From the IMG/VR virus record IMGVR_UViG_3300021600_000004: a DNA stretch of 49,179 bases; one strand, written 5' to 3'. Below, in pieces: positions 18,969-26,402 of the stretch. The DNA is from a virus (lineage: Duplodnaviria; Heunggongvirae; Uroviricota; Caudoviricetes). Both the position numbers and the translations under genes were made by a program. Below the pieces are notes generated by a model, which did no database searches, was not told the origin of the DNA, and saw only the letters and a list, made by a program, of their open reading frames with translations. The first letter of the stretch is position 1. The number at the start of each line of letters is the position of its first letter.

Positions 18969-19364
18969 TTAACATTTCCATTTACGTAAAGCTAATGTTT
19001 TCCTTGTTGGTTCACCATTAGGTTTCTTTGCAGGTCCTTTAACTCCTGACATCCTAGCACAAAATGATCTTTTTCTAGGACCACCTTCTGGTTGTGGGGC
19101 TTTTAAATGTCCACCAGTTTCTCTATTATATGAAGCTCTTCCTTTAGCATTCAATCCACCTTTTGGATTTTTACCTTCTTTTCTAGTCCAAGCAGGTGTA
19201 GATCCACCATTTTTTAATGTACTTCCTTTAAACTCTCCTTTCTTTTTAACTAAAGGACCATTAGGAACAGGAGTGATACCACCACCATTCTTAAGAACAC
19301 CTTTGCCAACATAAGCTGTTGCTTTCTGTGGATTATAAGGTCCAGGTTTCTTAATACTAGCCAT
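18969..19364 (-). CDS. basic phage protein, C-terminal domain probably DUF6321
   Basis: AWTRKEGKNPKGGLNAKGRASY...RKRSFCARM...ALRKWKC. Confidence 0.7.
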   Translation of the reverse strand: MASIKKPGPYNPQKATAYVGKGVLKNGGGITPVPNGPLVKKKGEFKGSTLKNGGSTPAWTRKEGKNPKGGLNAKGRASYNRETGGHLKAPQPEGGPRKRSFCARMSGVKGPAKKPNGEPTRKTLALRKWKC

Positions 19365-20328
19365 TTACAAAATTTAAAAAGTCTGTTGTAAGAGATGTCC
19401 AAGTTGATCCAGCTCTTACTTCTAATGAATTAATATTAATAAATGCAGAATAACCATCATCAGCATTAATAAATGTACCACTGAATAAATATAAATTAGT
19501 TGCAGATCCTAATGCAGGAATAATTGTATTATGTAATATATTATAACTTGCAACTCTTATAAGTTCTGTAGCTTGAATCATATTCTGTGAATATGTATGT
19601 GTATTATAATAAGTATAAGAAGCATAAACAATTAATGCAAGTTGATATCTTTGATAATTGTTTACAAAAGGAGCATTTGTAGCCACTGGTGCAACACCAT
19701 TTAATGTAATTGCATCAGCAATAGCTGTAGCAACAGCTCCACATGTATTATCAGCTGTAGCAGAACTCTTACCTCTTCTTAACATTCTACCTACATTATC
19801 ATTAGCTGCAATAAGGTCAGCTTGTTGTGTAATTCCTATATGAGGCATGTTAATTAATAATAATGGTCCATTTGCATTATCATCTGATGTAGTGTGACTT
19901 TGCCAAGCTTGTGCTCCTAATATACCTGTGTGAGGATATCCAGCAAGTCCACCACCCATAAATGGTCCAAGATAGTTATTTAATGCTGGAGGATTTTGAC
20001 CTATGTTAAATATATTAGCAAACTCAGAAGCATTAACATCATCTGAACAAACTGTAGAATTCAAAACAGTATTATATGCATCAGCACCTAAACCATCAAG
20101 AAAACTTACTAATTTATAAGCAACATTGTTAGCTAATAAAGCATTTGGATATGTAGCATTAACTACCTCACTATAATGTTTAGTAGTTTTATTAAAATAT
20201 TCAATTGGTTGAACTTCCTTCCAAATACCAACAGTAGGAGCATGAGTGTATAAACCAAGACTTCCTGATACTATTTCATTATTTTTTAAAAATCTTGCAT
20301 AAGGTTTTAACTTTGGATTTCTACTCAT
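19357..20328 (-). CDS. LCIB/LCIC-type beta-carbonic anhydrase with N-terminal module shared with the poly-Thr proteins
   Basis: VCSDDVN (Cys, Asp), GGLAGYPHTG, AWQSH, PHIGI (His), GR..R.G, TCGAV (Cys) and G.FIN motifs. Confidence 0.78.
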   Translation of the reverse strand: MSRNPKLKPYARFLKNNEIVSGSLGLYTHAPTVGIWKEVQPIEYFNKTTKHYSEVVNATYPNALLANNVAYKLVSFLDGLGADAYNTVLNSTVCSDDVNASEFANIFNIGQNPPALNNYLGPFMGGGLAGYPHTGILGAQAWQSHTTSDDNANGPLLLINMPHIGITQQADLIAANDNVGRMLRRGKSSATADNTCGAVATAIADAITLNGVAPVATNAPFVNNYQRYQLALIVYASYTYYNTHTYSQNMIQATELIRVASYNILHNTIIPALGSATNLYLFSGTFINADDGYSAFININSLEVRAGSTWTSLTTDFLNFVNG

Positions 20329-20516
20329 TTTCTATTAAATGTTATATTTTTTTTAGCTCTAATATCTTTATGTGTAAACTGCCAGAACTTACCTGTAGAA
20401 TCAATAATCACTGTATAGATAGTATCAGTTTCATGACCATAGTCTGTAACTAATATTATAATCCCATCACCTTTAGGTGTACTAACTTCTATTCTATTCT
20501 TAGGTTCAAATATCAT
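20325..20516 (-). CDS. hypothetical protein
   Basis: 63 aa ORF with overlapping start/stop coupling. Confidence 0.65.
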   Translation of the reverse strand: MIFEPKNRIEVSTPKGDGIIILVTDYGHETDTIYTVIIDSTGKFWQFTHKDIRAKKNITFNRK

Positions 20517-20674
20517 TAGCTTGCTTTTCTAGCTCTACCCATTGCTTTGAATGTCTTAGCTAATGCTTTCCTCTTAGGAGTGCATGTAGCTTTGGTCATA
20601 GGTGTGCAAAATCCCTTATGTGCAGGATTTACAGCCTTTTGAATCCATTTTTTATCTTTCTTAGCAGTAGCCAT
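20516..20674 (-). CDS. small basic protein (52 aa)
   Basis: Read manually: MATAKKDKKWIQKAVNPAHKGFCTPMTKATCTPKRKALAKTFKAMGRARKAS*. Confidence 0.7.
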   Translation of the reverse strand: MATAKKDKKWIQKAVNPAHKGFCTPMTKATCTPKRKALAKTFKAMGRARKAS

Positions 20675-20677
20675 GAT

Positions 20678-20863
20678 TTATTTCTTTTTCATCTTTGTAG
20701 CACCTAATTCTTTATCAGGTGTAAGTTTTGCTTTACCCTTAGCCTTAGCTAATGTTTTTTCTTGAACCTTAGTCCAAGCACCTTTAGGATCTACAGGACC
20801 TACACGCTTATTAGAAGCTTTTAATCCTGAAAGACTGCCTCCAGACTTTTTAACTGTTGCCAT
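20678..20863 (-). CDS. small basic protein
   Basis: MATVKKSGG...KMKKK; Lys-rich. Confidence 0.7.
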   Translation of the reverse strand: MATVKKSGGSLSGLKASNKRVGPVDPKGAWTKVQEKTLAKAKGKAKLTPDKELGATKMKKK

Positions 20864-20881
20864 ATTAATGTTTTTAATTTT

Positions 20882-21136
20882 TTATAAACTTGCTTTGTTT
20901 TCAATCACTTCTTGAACACTACCATCTTCAATTGCTTTTCCAAGAGTGTTTTCAATCATATCTACAGCTTTATTAGCTAAGAAGATAGACTGAGCTTCTG
21001 GTGTACTAACTATGCTACGTAAAGCATTTAAAACAAGACCAAACTCACTACCTTTTAATACAAAGTCTGTATCCATTGACCATGTGTATTTCTTAGTTGG
21101 ATCAAATGCTGGTTGTTCATTTACTATTTCTGACAT
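20882..21136 (-). CDS. hypothetical protein
   Basis: 84 aa ORF directly downstream of a consensus promoter. Confidence 0.7.
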   Translation of the reverse strand: MSEIVNEQPAFDPTKKYTWSMDTDFVLKGSEFGLVLNALRSIVSTPEAQSIFLANKAVDMIENTLGKAIEDGSVQEVIENKASL

Positions 21137-21162
21137 ATAATTTATTTTTTTTGGTTTAATTA

Positions 21163-21195
21163 CAAAGATAGGAAATAATATTTTAATTTTCCAAA
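21163..21195 (-). promoter_or_regulatory. Bacteroidota sigma-A-type promoter
   Basis: TTTG-N21-TATCTTTG on the minus strand. Confidence 0.75.
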
Positions 21196-21470
21196 TCTAT
21201 TTCAAATACTATTGTAGCAGAGCTTTTAATACTCTTACTCATATCAATACGTATTTGGAAAATGTTGTGAAGTTTTAATATTTCTTCTAATAACATCTCA
21301 TTATATTTTGGAAGAGATGCTGCTAACCTAAAGTGATAAGCTGAAGGATTTTTAGTTATTTCTAATGTAGAAAGTTCATCAATGGAATCTATAATTCCAA
21401 AAAGGTGAGCAAAATAAGTTGTTTCATTATCTTGCATCACCTCTGGAAAAAACTTTTTACTTAATTGCAT
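21183..21470 (-). CDS. hypothetical protein
   Basis: 95 aa ORF with TAATG coupling. Confidence 0.7.
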   Translation of the reverse strand: MQLSKKFFPEVMQDNETTYFAHLFGIIDSIDELSTLEITKNPSAYHFRLAASLPKYNEMLLEEILKLHNIFQIRIDMSKSIKSSATIVFEIDLEN

Positions 21471-21892
21471 TAAGACAATGTTAGACGATATAAAGTTTGA
21501 GCAGCTTCTCCAGATAGAGATTGTGCTACATTTTCAATATCAGGCATTTTATTAGCCTCTCCAAATTCTTCTAGTTGTTTAGCAAAAGAAACTAATTCTT
21601 TTACCACTTGATTAGGCATACCTGAAGAATAATCTTTTAAAACATCAATTTTGTAGGCTTTAATTCTTCTTCCTGAATAACCCATAATCTTTTCTACAAT
21701 CTCATCTTGAAAATCCCCTACCCTGTCATATATTTTACCTAAAGCTTCGTGCTCAGCAAATGATGTAGTTTGAAAATGTAATAGATGTAGTTGCTCATAG
21801 AAATATGACAGCTTACCAGCAATTGTTTCTAATGTAAGTGCGTTTCCTATTGCATTTTCCATCATCTCATCAGGAAATAATGATTTTACCAT
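21470..21892 (-). CDS. ferritin/Dps-like four-helix bundle protein (DUF5856-like)
   Basis: QLHLLHFQTTSFAEHEALGKIYD....FQDEIVE motif and C-terminal IENVAQSL.GE....LYRL. Confidence 0.7.
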   Translation of the reverse strand: MVKSLFPDEMMENAIGNALTLETIAGKLSYFYEQLHLLHFQTTSFAEHEALGKIYDRVGDFQDEIVEKIMGYSGRRIKAYKIDVLKDYSSGMPNQVVKELVSFAKQLEEFGEANKMPDIENVAQSLSGEAAQTLYRLTLS

Positions 21893-21904
21893 GTTGTTTT
21901 AGTT

Positions 21905-22108
21905 TTATATAGGCTGTGTAGTAGTTGTTGTAGTTGTGCTTGTACTAGTAGTTGTAGTTGTTGTGTAATTACAACACTCATTTGCATCTATCTCATGCCA
22001 GTTACCAACCTTTGGTTTAAATCTTTGTAGAATTAAACTACCTGCTATGACACGTCCACTACCATCATAACGTACATATGCTTTTAATCTATTATTGCTA
22101 TTTGCCAT
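21905..22108 (-). CDS. small putative virion protein with C-terminal poly-Thr tail
   Basis: LKAYVRYDGSGRVIAGSLIL...PKVGNWHEI..ECCNY followed by a T/S homopolymer tail. Confidence 0.75.
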   Translation of the reverse strand: MANSNNRLKAYVRYDGSGRVIAGSLILQRFKPKVGNWHEIDANECCNYTTTTTTSTSTTTTTTTQPI

Positions 22109-22120
22109 TTTTATTTAATT

Positions 22121-22369
22121 TTAAAGTACAGTTGTTGTTGTTGTAGTGGTAGGAGTAGCAGTTGTGGTAGTGGTTGTTGTTGTACTACTTGTACTACTAG
22201 TTGTAGTGGTTGTTGTAGGAACATAATTGCAGCATTCATAAGCTGGAATTTCTACCCATTTACCCACCTTTGGTTTCTTTCTCCGTAAAATTAGGCTGCT
22301 TGGAACTATTCTTCCAGTACCATCAAAGCGTACATAAGCTTTGAGAGGGCGATTATTATTTTGGGCCAT
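22121..22369 (-). CDS. small putative virion protein with C-terminal poly-Thr tail (paralog of 21905..22108)
   Basis: LKAYVRFDGTGRIVPSSLIL...PKVGKWVEI..ECCNY followed by about 30 T/S residues. Confidence 0.75.
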   Translation of the reverse strand: MAQNNNRPLKAYVRFDGTGRIVPSSLILRRKKPKVGKWVEIPAYECCNYVPTTTTTTSSTSSTTTTTTTTATPTTTTTTTVL

Positions 22370-22371
22370 AA

Positions 22372-23391
22372 TTAGTAATTTAAATTATATTTGTTTTTTA
22401 ATTCAATAAGTTTTGTGACATAGTAATGTGTTCCTCTACCTTTAGCATTTACATCATTAGCCACTGTGAGCATGTGTGTATCTTCAAATGGATCTTTACC
22501 AGTGTGGTAAGCTCCTTTGTAAAAAGCAGGATAACCATCCATATCTCTATCTGTTATACCTGCATTGTGGAACATTCCAAGCTTGTGCACTTTCTCAATA
22601 GGATCTGATGCCCAGGAAAAGTCCATTTCAGGTATATTTTTAGTTTCTTTTTCTCTCAACCAAAGGTTCCATAACACTCCCCACATATCTGCACACCAGC
22701 TTTGAAACCCTTTATTCTCATTTGCGAAATATTGTTTATTTATAGTTTGTAAATACAAACGTATTGTTATACAATCTTTCATCACCTTTTCCCAGAAAGC
22801 ACCATCTACATTCTTTACAAAGTATTGTGCTCCTCCTGAGTTGTTATTGTTAGCCTCAGCTATCTTTCTTGAAATACCAATTTTAGAAGCAAGTTGCTCT
22901 AAAACATCAATCTTTTTATATGCTTGTATCATGTCAGGAAGCACATCCTTTATCTTACTATCAAAGTATGAAGCATTTATGTAGCTATTTGTATCAGAGA
23001 GATAACATGTGTCATCATCTATATAAGCATCTACATTGAATTTATCTGTAAATAATATATCACAATCACAATAGAAGACAGCTTTTGTAGACATTTCAGG
23101 ATTATCCTGGAAGTATCTCATAAGACTGTAAGGACGCAGAACAGGAATATAAGTTCCTAAGAGCTGACTGACCTCCCCCCCATCCTTGTAATAAGCAAAT
23201 TCTGCTTCTGGATAGAGATTTTCAATCTTTTGCCATTTATCACTTTTCTGTCTAAAGCTAGGAGTGTACACAAGTACAATAGCTTTGTCTGAGTGCCCAA
23301 TGTTCTTAAGACTTTCTAACCAAGCATGTACCTGCCAAGTGTAATAAGTATCATCTGGCTGGGCAACTACAAATTTTAATTCTTTACTCAT
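22372..23391 (-). CDS. peptide O-glycosyltransferase, SGT1/HPAT (GT96/GT95)-like
   Basis: YYTWQ, LRPYS, YCDCDILF (DxD), GGAQY and SWCADMW parallel the plant Y..WQ, N(K/R)P, DxD, GGP and W..EMY motifs. Confidence 0.65.
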   Translation of the reverse strand: MSKELKFVVAQPDDTYYTWQVHAWLESLKNIGHSDKAIVLVYTPSFRQKSDKWQKIENLYPEAEFAYYKDGGEVSQLLGTYIPVLRPYSLMRYFQDNPEMSTKAVFYCDCDILFTDKFNVDAYIDDDTCYLSDTNSYINASYFDSKIKDVLPDMIQAYKKIDVLEQLASKIGISRKIAEANNNNSGGAQYFVKNVDGAFWEKVMKDCITIRLYLQTINKQYFANENKGFQSWCADMWGVLWNLWLREKETKNIPEMDFSWASDPIEKVHKLGMFHNAGITDRDMDGYPAFYKGAYHTGKDPFEDTHMLTVANDVNAKGRGTHYYVTKLIELKNKYNLNY

Positions 23392-23402
23392 ATTTAGTTG
23401 GT

Positions 23403-23987
23403 TTATGCTACTTTTTTTCTATCATCTCTTTTAATGATTTCTATAGTATTGGTCTTCCACGTACGTCCATAAATAATGTTTCTTATTATAGAAACGTTAA
23501 TATTCATTATATTAGATATATCTACAATAGTCTTTCCTGAATTATATAGCACTTTTAATTCAGTGACACTTTTGTCTGTAATTTTTGCTTTTACATTATT
23601 TTCACCTGCTCTGCTAGGCTGTAGTCCTAAAGAATAAGCATGTAATTGATTCTCAGAATTGCTCATCCATTCAAGATTACTCACTTTGTTATTTAGCTTA
23701 TTACCATCAATGTGATTAACTTGAGGTTTATTAAAATCATTTGGTATAAAAGCTTTGGCTACTAATCTGTGTATTATTTTAGTAGTGGATTTAGAGTTTT
23801 TATACAAATTTACTTCTAAGTAACCTCGTCTATTTATAAAAGGTTTGAGCAATTTACCATGTATAACTCCACGTCTATCTCCACAAAATCTATCCACACT
23901 TCTTACTTTACCTATGCTATTTACCTGATATCCTTCAAAGTTAGGAACATCTCTCCATTCTTCACAGATAAATTTTAAATCCTTCAT
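23403..23987 (-). mobile_element. free-standing NUMOD4-HNH homing endonuclease gene
   Basis: EEWRDVPNFEGYQVNSIGKVRS (NUMOD4); HRLVAKAFIPN...VNHIDGNKLNN..SNLEW...EN..HA (HNH_3). Confidence 0.9.
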
Positions 23988-24011
23988 ATGTAGTTTTGGT
24001 TTGTTTTATTC

Positions 24012-24170
24012 TTATGGAGTAGCTGTAGTGGTAGTGGTTGTAGTGGTTAATCCTGCAGTGTTTTTAACTACAGCTCCCACTTGTCCAATCAATTGCTCCA
24101 TCTGCTTTGATATATTCCACAAAAGTTGTGATTGTGGATCTTGCCCTATGGGCCTTGAAGGTATTGCCAT
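24012..24170 (-). CDS. small protein with C-terminal poly-Thr tail (52 aa)
   Basis: Read manually: MAIPSRPIGQDPQSQLLWNISKQMEQLIGQVGAVVKNTAGLTTTTTTTTATP*. Confidence 0.75.
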   Translation of the reverse strand: MAIPSRPIGQDPQSQLLWNISKQMEQLIGQVGAVVKNTAGLTTTTTTTTATP

Positions 24171-24271
24171 GATTAATAAAATTAATGCGTAAAGGTATAT
24201 GATTATTTAATAATTACAATGAGTCTAATTAATTCACTATAAGCAAATTAATTAAATCTATTATAACTAAG

Positions 24272-24478
24272 TTAGTTATACTTATTTAAGCGTTTGGATA
24301 ACAAGATATACGAGAGCCAAAATAATCCTGAAATTGAGTAGAAGGTAATGTCTGCTATCCAATAGGAGCCACTTAGATCCATTATCAGCTTGAAAAGGCA
24401 ATCGTATCCAAATGGTAGGAAGAACATTGCTAACATTAAAGATGCTTCTTTTAATCTTTTTAATTGTTTTACTGTCAC
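24272..24478 (-). CDS. small two-TM membrane protein
   Basis: SLMLAMFFLPFGY and YWIADITFYSISGLFWLSYILL hydrophobic helices; GTG start is uncertain. Confidence 0.55.
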   Translation of the reverse strand: MTVKQLKRLKEASLMLAMFFLPFGYDCLFKLIMDLSGSYWIADITFYSISGLFWLSYILLSKRLNKYN

Positions 24479-24499
24479 TTTCCATATATTTTTGTTTGG

Positions 24500-24622
24500 T
24501 TATCTACCTTGTGAACGATATTTGCTCACATTTTTCTCTTTAGGACCTTTGCTTTTCTTAGCTTTACCACCTTTTCTTTTACCAAATGTGGTTTTTCTTG
24601 AGTCACCAGTTGTTTTTGCCAT
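24500..24622 (-). CDS. small K/R/G-rich basic peptide (40 aa)
   Basis: Read manually: MAKTTGDSRKTTFGKRKGGKARKSKGPKEKNVSKYRSQGR*. Confidence 0.6.
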   Translation of the reverse strand: MAKTTGDSRKTTFGKRKGGKAKKSKGPKEKNVSKYRSQGR

Positions 24623-24625
24623 TGG

Positions 24626-25099
24626 TTATTTTTTAAAATATAAATCAGCCTCAGCCTGTCTTCTTCTTTTTAATCCTTTTAAATGAACCCCACTAGCCAT
24701 ATCCCATTTAAGAAACTCAAGTAGTATAGTTGGATCAGTTGGATCTATGTTAACCTTCTTACGTAGTGTAGAACCTTTTAAAGATCCTTCACCTAGGTTG
24801 TATGTAAAACTTACAAGAGCTCCAAACTGATTAGCTGTAAGGTCATCTCTAAGTAGTATATCCACTGCTTTGGTTTTAAGATCCACCTCCCATTTAAGAA
24901 ATGCAACTGCTTGAACCTCAGTGATTGGTACATCCCCAACCTTCACACGTTTACCTCCCATATAAGTAGGTGGATAAACTATGGTGCCATATCCAATTGT
25001 ACAAACCCCTGGAGGATCAATATCATCATGATAAGCTTTTGCAGAGAATCCTTCAAAGGATTTTATTAAGTCTATACACTCATCGTTTATTATAATCAT
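24626..25099 (-). CDS. endolysin, phage lysozyme (GH24)
   Basis: LIKSFEG...AYHD.....TIGYG, NQFGALVSFTYNLG, STL, GL.RRR..E..L motifs. Confidence 0.92.
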   Translation of the reverse strand: MIIINDECIDLIKSFEGFSAKAYHDDIDPPGVCTIGYGTIVYPPTYMGGKRVKVGDVPITEVQAVAFLKWEVDLKTKAVDILLRDDLTANQFGALVSFTYNLGEGSLKGSTLRKKVNIDPTDPTILLEFLKWDMASGVHLKGLKRRRQAEADLYFKK

Positions 25100-25299
25100 G
25101 CTGCAGAGGTGTCATCAGTGAAGAAATTTGATACTGCTTTAGCTACAAATCCTGTAGCAAATATGATGGTTCCTACAATAGGATGTCCATTAAGTGATGT
25201 AAGACCACCTGCAAATACACAAGCAGACACTATTGCATCTGCTATCTTTCTAACACCTTTAGGTGTAGATTCCCAGTAATGTGACCATCCAAATTTCAT
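25096..25299 (-). CDS. putative holin
   Basis: 67 aa with two hydrophobic segments, immediately upstream of the lysozyme. Confidence 0.6.
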   Translation of the reverse strand: MKFGWSHYWESTPKGVRKIADAIVSACVFAGGLTSLNGHPIVGTIIFATGFVAKAVSNFFTDDTSAA

Positions 25300-25301
25300 A
25301 T

Positions 25302-25730
25302 TTAACTTTTTACTATTATAAATATAAATGCTGCTAAAAGAAATATCTGTGATGTGATTGATTTAACCTTGGTGGTTTTTAATGCCCTATCTTGTTTAAG
25401 GATGTAGTCATTAAAATTAACTATTATCTTTTTATCATCAGCTATAATAGACTTATAAGCGTCTTCTTTCTTCTTAGCCATACTTAATTCTGTCACATAT
25501 TTAGCAAACATTTGCGACAAAACTGTTGTATCTTTCTCTAAAAGAACCACCTTTTGTTCTAAATAGTCTTTCTTAACTAAGTCTTTGGTTATATCAATTG
25601 CCATTCCTTTGGTAATAATAACCAAAGAATCATTTGGTTTGATAATAACTGTATCTTTTTGTCCATAGCCCAACAATACTGTCAACAGACAGGCTATTAA
25701 CAAGAGAATCTTTGGTTGTATATTCTTCAT
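25302..25730 (-). CDS. putative spanin-like protein (signal or lipobox, coiled coil, C-terminal TM)
   Basis: MKNIQPKILLLIAC-LLTVLLGYGQ N-terminus and C-terminal QIFLLAAFIFIIV; overlaps the upstream gene by 101 nt, in Rz/Rz1 style. Confidence 0.5.
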   Translation of the reverse strand: MKNIQPKILLLIACLLTVLLGYGQKDTVIIKPNDSLVIITKGMAIDITKDLVKKDYLEQKVVLLEKDTTVLSQMFAKYVTELSMAKKKEDAYKSIIADDKKIIVNFNDYILKQDRALKTTKVKSITSQIFLLAAFIFIIVKS

Positions 25731-25971
25731 ATATAGTTTTGTATTTGATTTTAATAACATTACGAAGCTTAATTAGGCTATCTATTTGCTTTGTTTGTGT
25801 TGATTGAGCAATAGTAAGACTATCTATAGTTTTAATAGAAAGAGTTATTGAATCTATTAAAGCTCTGTTCTCTTCCTGAAGAGATGATGTTGCTTTACCT
25901 GCTGAAAAGAATAAAATCTTTATTACCAATATACATATAATTGCAATAAATGCTATATCTTTTAGTTTCAT
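25630..25971 (-). CDS. putative inner-membrane spanin-like protein
   Basis: N-terminal TM followed by a coiled coil, located in the lysis cassette. Confidence 0.55.
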   Translation of the reverse strand: MKLKDIAFIAIICILVIKILFFSAGKATSSLQEENRALIDSITLSIKTIDSLTIAQSTQTKQIDSLIKLRNVIKIKYKTIYEEYTTKDSLVNSLSVDSIVGLWTKRYSYYQTK

Positions 25972-26315
25972 GGGGTTTTGATTTGTGTAGGTTCTTTTAC
26001 TTTTACACTATTAACATTTGAATAAATTGTTGTACCATATTGAATTAATGCTCCTATACCCATTATTACAGCTATAGTCCATAATGTTTTCTTTTTAAAC
26101 TCTTCATATTTGAGCTGTTTTTTCTCTAGTTCAATAATTTTTGCTTTCATTATATCAATTTCACCAACAAACCCACCTACCTTTGTCAGTGGGTTTCCTA
26201 TAATAGCATCTACAACTTGGGTTAATTTTGTGTTAATAGAGTCAATTTTCTCTTCCATCTCTGTAAGTCTAAGATCCATATTGGTTAATTCTTGTTTGAA
26301 GTTATTTGTTTCCAT
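25968..26315 (-). CDS. coiled-coil plus TM protein (holin/antiholin-like)
   Basis: Heptad-rich N-terminus; TLWTIAVIMGIGALI TM. Confidence 0.6.
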   Translation of the reverse strand: METNNFKQELTNMDLRLTEMEEKIDSINTKLTQVVDAIIGNPLTKVGGFVGEIDIMKAKIIELEKKQLKYEEFKKKTLWTIAVIMGIGALIQYGTTIYSNVNSVKVKEPTQIKTP

Positions 26316-26340
26316 AATGGATTAAGAGGGATGTATATAA

Positions 26341-26370
26341 CACAAAAATCCCCTATTAAGGAGATATGTG
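26341..26370 (-). terminator. hairpin plus U-tract between promoter and lysis cassette
   Basis: Minus strand ATCTCCT-taat-AGGGGAT-TTTTG, with a possible CACA/TGTG stem extension. Confidence 0.55.
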
Positions 26371-26402
26371 CTATTTAGTTTAGGTAATTATAGTAGTACA
26401 CG

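Noticed and set aside
23392-24000. Group I intron housing the HNH gene
   Set aside because: Only 11 nt separate the HNH stop from the GT start, and the HNH starts at the upstream leader, leaving no space for P3-P9 core elements.
24262-24280. 19 bp near-perfect palindrome TATAACTAA-G-TTAGTTATA as an operator
   Set aside because: It is extremely AT-rich, occurs once and overlaps a stop codon, so chance is not excluded.
24282-24485. ATG-started ORF MESDSKT... overlapping the two-TM gene (or a 1-nt frameshift joining ATG to the GTG frame)
   Set aside because: The GTG frame gives a more protein-like membrane sequence. A frameshift or sequencing error cannot be shown without reads or homologs.
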